NCBI GenBank assembly: GCA_051294375.1
Contig: CM119271.1
Location: 4,465,910 to 4,529,909, forward strand
Reading direction: 5' to 3'
Origin: Paraspadella gotoi
Lineage: Eukaryota > Animalia > Chaetognatha
DNA: 64,000 nucleotides
Each line of letters starts with the position of its first letter. Within the stretch, counting starts at the first letter, position 1. The position numbers and the translations under genes were made by a program. The notes beneath the pieces were generated by a model. That model did no database searches and was not told where the DNA came from. It saw only the letters and a list, made by a program, of their open reading frames with translations. Positions 61,510 through 64,000 of the stretch are shown piece after piece.

Positions 61510-61695
61510 CCGTGCAATTGATGGTGGCGTCGTCCTTCCTTTCCTGCAGCAGCCACAAGTGGGTGGGGCACTCGATCCTGGGCTTGTACTGAATGTCCAG
61601 TTTGCCGAAGGAGCATGAGGGTCGCTGTTGTCGCGGATCCCAGTGTTTGTGGGTCACGATGCAAGAGAGGTCGGAGTTCTTGTCCTGGACGCGGC
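61510..61695 (-). CDS. Exon of Ig-superfamily single-pass membrane protein (end of one Ig domain, start of the next)
   Basis: Acceptor ttcccgctccaaacAG and donor ACGG|GTGAGT; 186 nt, phase 1-1, no stops. Translates (G)RVQDKNSDLSCIVTHKHWDPRQQRPSCSFGKLDIQYKPRIECPTHLWLLQERKDDATINCT, matching the Ig pattern D-x4-L-x-C-x-V-x-H ... LDIQY-x-P ... B-strand Cys. Confidence 0.85.
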
Positions 61696-61879
61696 CTGTT
61701 TGGAGCGGGAAGGGAATTCGATTTGATTGATTGATTTGGTCGATTGAATTGGTTTTATTATTAGAGTCGGAGTCGGAGTCGCGCGTTCGAGGGAGATTTC
61801 GTATCAATATTTCCTTGAATCACGAGATGGATAATGAATAAAAGTCACGTCGAAAAATAGAGAGAAACTTGTACGTCAC

Positions 61880-62146
61880 CTCTCTCTTCGAAAATCGACA
61901 ACAACCACGAGAGAGTCAAGTAAAACTGTTGAACATGTGGACGACGACGACGACGCCGCCGCGAGCAGTTGAGCCTCCGTCGCCCACTCAGTCCGAACTT
62001 CGGATGGGGCTGTAGTCCCTCACCGTTTTCACTCGTTTGAAACAGCAGGGCGCGAACTCGAGTCAATTCGGGTTGGGAGGAAATCCTGCTACCTCCGGCT
62101 GGTGCTGCTGATGCTCGGACGAGACGCGTGGTCTGAAATACTACCG
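61880..62146 (-). CDS. Probable upstream exon of the Ig gene, frameshifted by sequence errors
   Basis: Acceptor ttgtctgtttgcAG near 62147. Fragments in shifting frames (EVAGFPPNP ... HMFNS ... YLTLS) would run into GRVQDKNSDLSC like an Ig C2-set E strand. Donor uncertain. Confidence 0.4.
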
Positions 62147-62735
62147 CTGCAAACAGACAAATAAGAGATGGCTTTAAATAACTCAGAAATTACTCAAAAC
62201 CCGTCCACCGATGCAGCCTTCCAAATTCATCTCTCGGATCCACACGACGATAAATTAGTCAAATTCAACGTCAAAAATTTGGAAGCAAATTAACATAAAA
62301 TTTCATCCGCCATCGAGTTAAACCGATTGAAAAGGTCCTCATTTTTTTTTTCGCTTTCAATTCCCTCATATTTTTTAAAAAAGAGAAATGAGTAAAAAAA
62401 AGTAAAAAAAAACCGTTTTGAAAAAGTAAAAGGGTTTTGAAAAAAAAAATTTATTCATAATGTTCAAGTAAAATGGGGAGAGGCTCTTCCAATATTCCTA
62501 GAAAGGCTAAGAGGAGAATGAGAGTAGAGGAGAGAGGGAGAGAGAGTTAGAGAGAAGAGAGAGAGAGGAGAGGATGGAGAGAGAGAGCAGAGAGAGTAGA
62601 CCGCTTGTTTTTATTTATCAGAATAATTAGCTTCGAAGCATTAATCCGTTTCAATCGTGCAATTTGAATGGCTAATTTTGGCCAGGGCGGAGATAAGATA
62701 TAAAGAGTAGGTAGAGAGAGATGAGAGAGATTGAG

Positions 62736-62777
<42 letters not shown>

Positions 62778-63116
62778 AGATAACATGATAGATTTCGCTT
62801 CAATTCATGACAATATGGCGGATAAGTCGGCCGCGCGGGAGAATAAGGGAGAAGAGACGAGAGAGCTTGAGAGTTCACGTTGATGGAAATCTTAAGGTAG
62901 AGAATCTCCTCGTCGACGTAGACAGAATTGCGACTCGCGGTAAAAACATATAGGGTTCTACGAAGGAATTAAATAACGGGCTTGCAGTGTAATTTGAACT
63001 AGAAAAAAGGGTGAAAAAATATCGACGCGTCTATATAGTAAAAGTAAGTGTGAAGTCGATTAGACGTTAGTCTGGCCAATGCCGATGTCCGAGACGTGAC
63101 TTGAGAGATGTTCACT

Positions 63117-63196
63117 GTCAGGGCAAGTGAAGGCGGAAAATCCATAATGAGTCGATAGGAAAAGAACAAAGAATGTCACGAGGCAAATGAACAGAT
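63117..63196 (-). CDS. Inverted copy of the hydrophobic exon at 57846 (GPCR TM2-like; alternatively a signal-peptide exon)
   Basis: Acceptor cctccgccccacAG; reads DLFICLVTFFVLFLSTHYGFSAFTCPD; donor not certain. Confidence 0.4.
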
Positions 63197-64000
63197 CTGT
63201 GGGGCGGAGGTGGGGGGGAGGACTGATCACGTGACGATCACGTGACTCAATCGAGCCGGGGAAAAAAAGCGAAATCCCGTGAAGGGGATAATCGAATTCC
63301 AAGATTCACGCGCAGATTTGAAGTTTGCGGATGTGAATGGAAAAAAATTCAGGATTTGAGGAAAGGCGTGTGGTTGGGAGAGGGAGGAAGAGAAGAGAAG
63401 AGAAGAGAAGAGAAGAAAAGAGAAGACAATATGGAACTTCACAGCAGCTAGGGAGAGCAAAGAAGAAAAGAGAAAGAGAGAGTAAATGCAAAAAACCGTT
63501 TGGGATCTGACTTTGTAGATTTTTGTAGAGAAAAATATAAAAATATAAAAATAATGCTTAATTTATAAATAATGTTATTATGGCTTAGGAAGAATCAACC
63601 TATACAACTCAACTGGTAACTTTAAAAAAATCTGCAATATGCAAATAAAATTTAAATTTTGACCACGTACAAACAGAAAATAATTTAAGCTTCCTCAAAC
63701 GATTAGCCAAAGCTATTGAATTTTTTTTTTAAATTTACTTTGACGACTCTATGATTAAGCTTAATTAGGAAAGATTCAACTTAAATACATGTATAAAACA
63801 ATTATAATGTGTTAAGTAGGATTTTTTAATGTTTCTTATTTGCTTTTTTTTTCGCTTTTGCTACAAATTTGTAAAAAGCTGAATATTTATATGCTGCAAG
63901 AGGCAGCGAATTACAACAGCAAGATGCTGTACTTCTCGAACTTTTCCCGAAAAACAGATGCTGCGAGGTTTAACTACATTTGCATTTTTAGTCGCTGTCG

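Noticed and set aside
60240-63250. TCACGTGA E-box/CLEAR-like motifs at ~60246 and ~63227-63246
   Set aside because: Short motifs with no evidence of a promoter; may be chance in CpG-rich DNA.

Overview
Eukaryotic DNA, probably from an invertebrate: AT-rich, CpG not depleted, dense in microsatellites, with TTAGGG-type repeats. It comes from a draft scaffold with many N gaps. Seven gaps are exactly 25 N and border indel-rich sequence, which points to long-read gap filling (PBJelly-like), so several direct and inverted duplications are probably assembly artefacts. Almost all long ORFs in the supplied track are microsatellite or N artefacts. Reading splice sites by hand gives a multi-exon minus-strand gene running from at least 61.7 kb down to 5.5 kb. 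It encodes a single-pass immunoglobulin-superfamily membrane protein, with phase-compatible exons at 61510-61695, 29314-29434, 28822-28903, 14653-14770, 14390-14495 and a transmembrane exon at 5541-5734. Error-rich segments carry frameshifted fragments of other genes: a GH31 alpha-glucosidase C-terminus, a WSC-domain exon and a probable rhodopsin-class GPCR TM1-TM2. Mobile elements include a Penelope-like GIY-YIG endonuclease, a probable Penelope-like reverse transcriptase and HINE-like hairpin repeats. The most striking structure is a ~2.5 kb foldback (18595-21105) whose arms are a ~140-150 bp satellite built from outward-facing telomere-type (CCCTAA)/(TTAGGG) blocks. I found no rRNA, tRNA or CRISPR array, and no clearly novel system that the sequence alone can establish.
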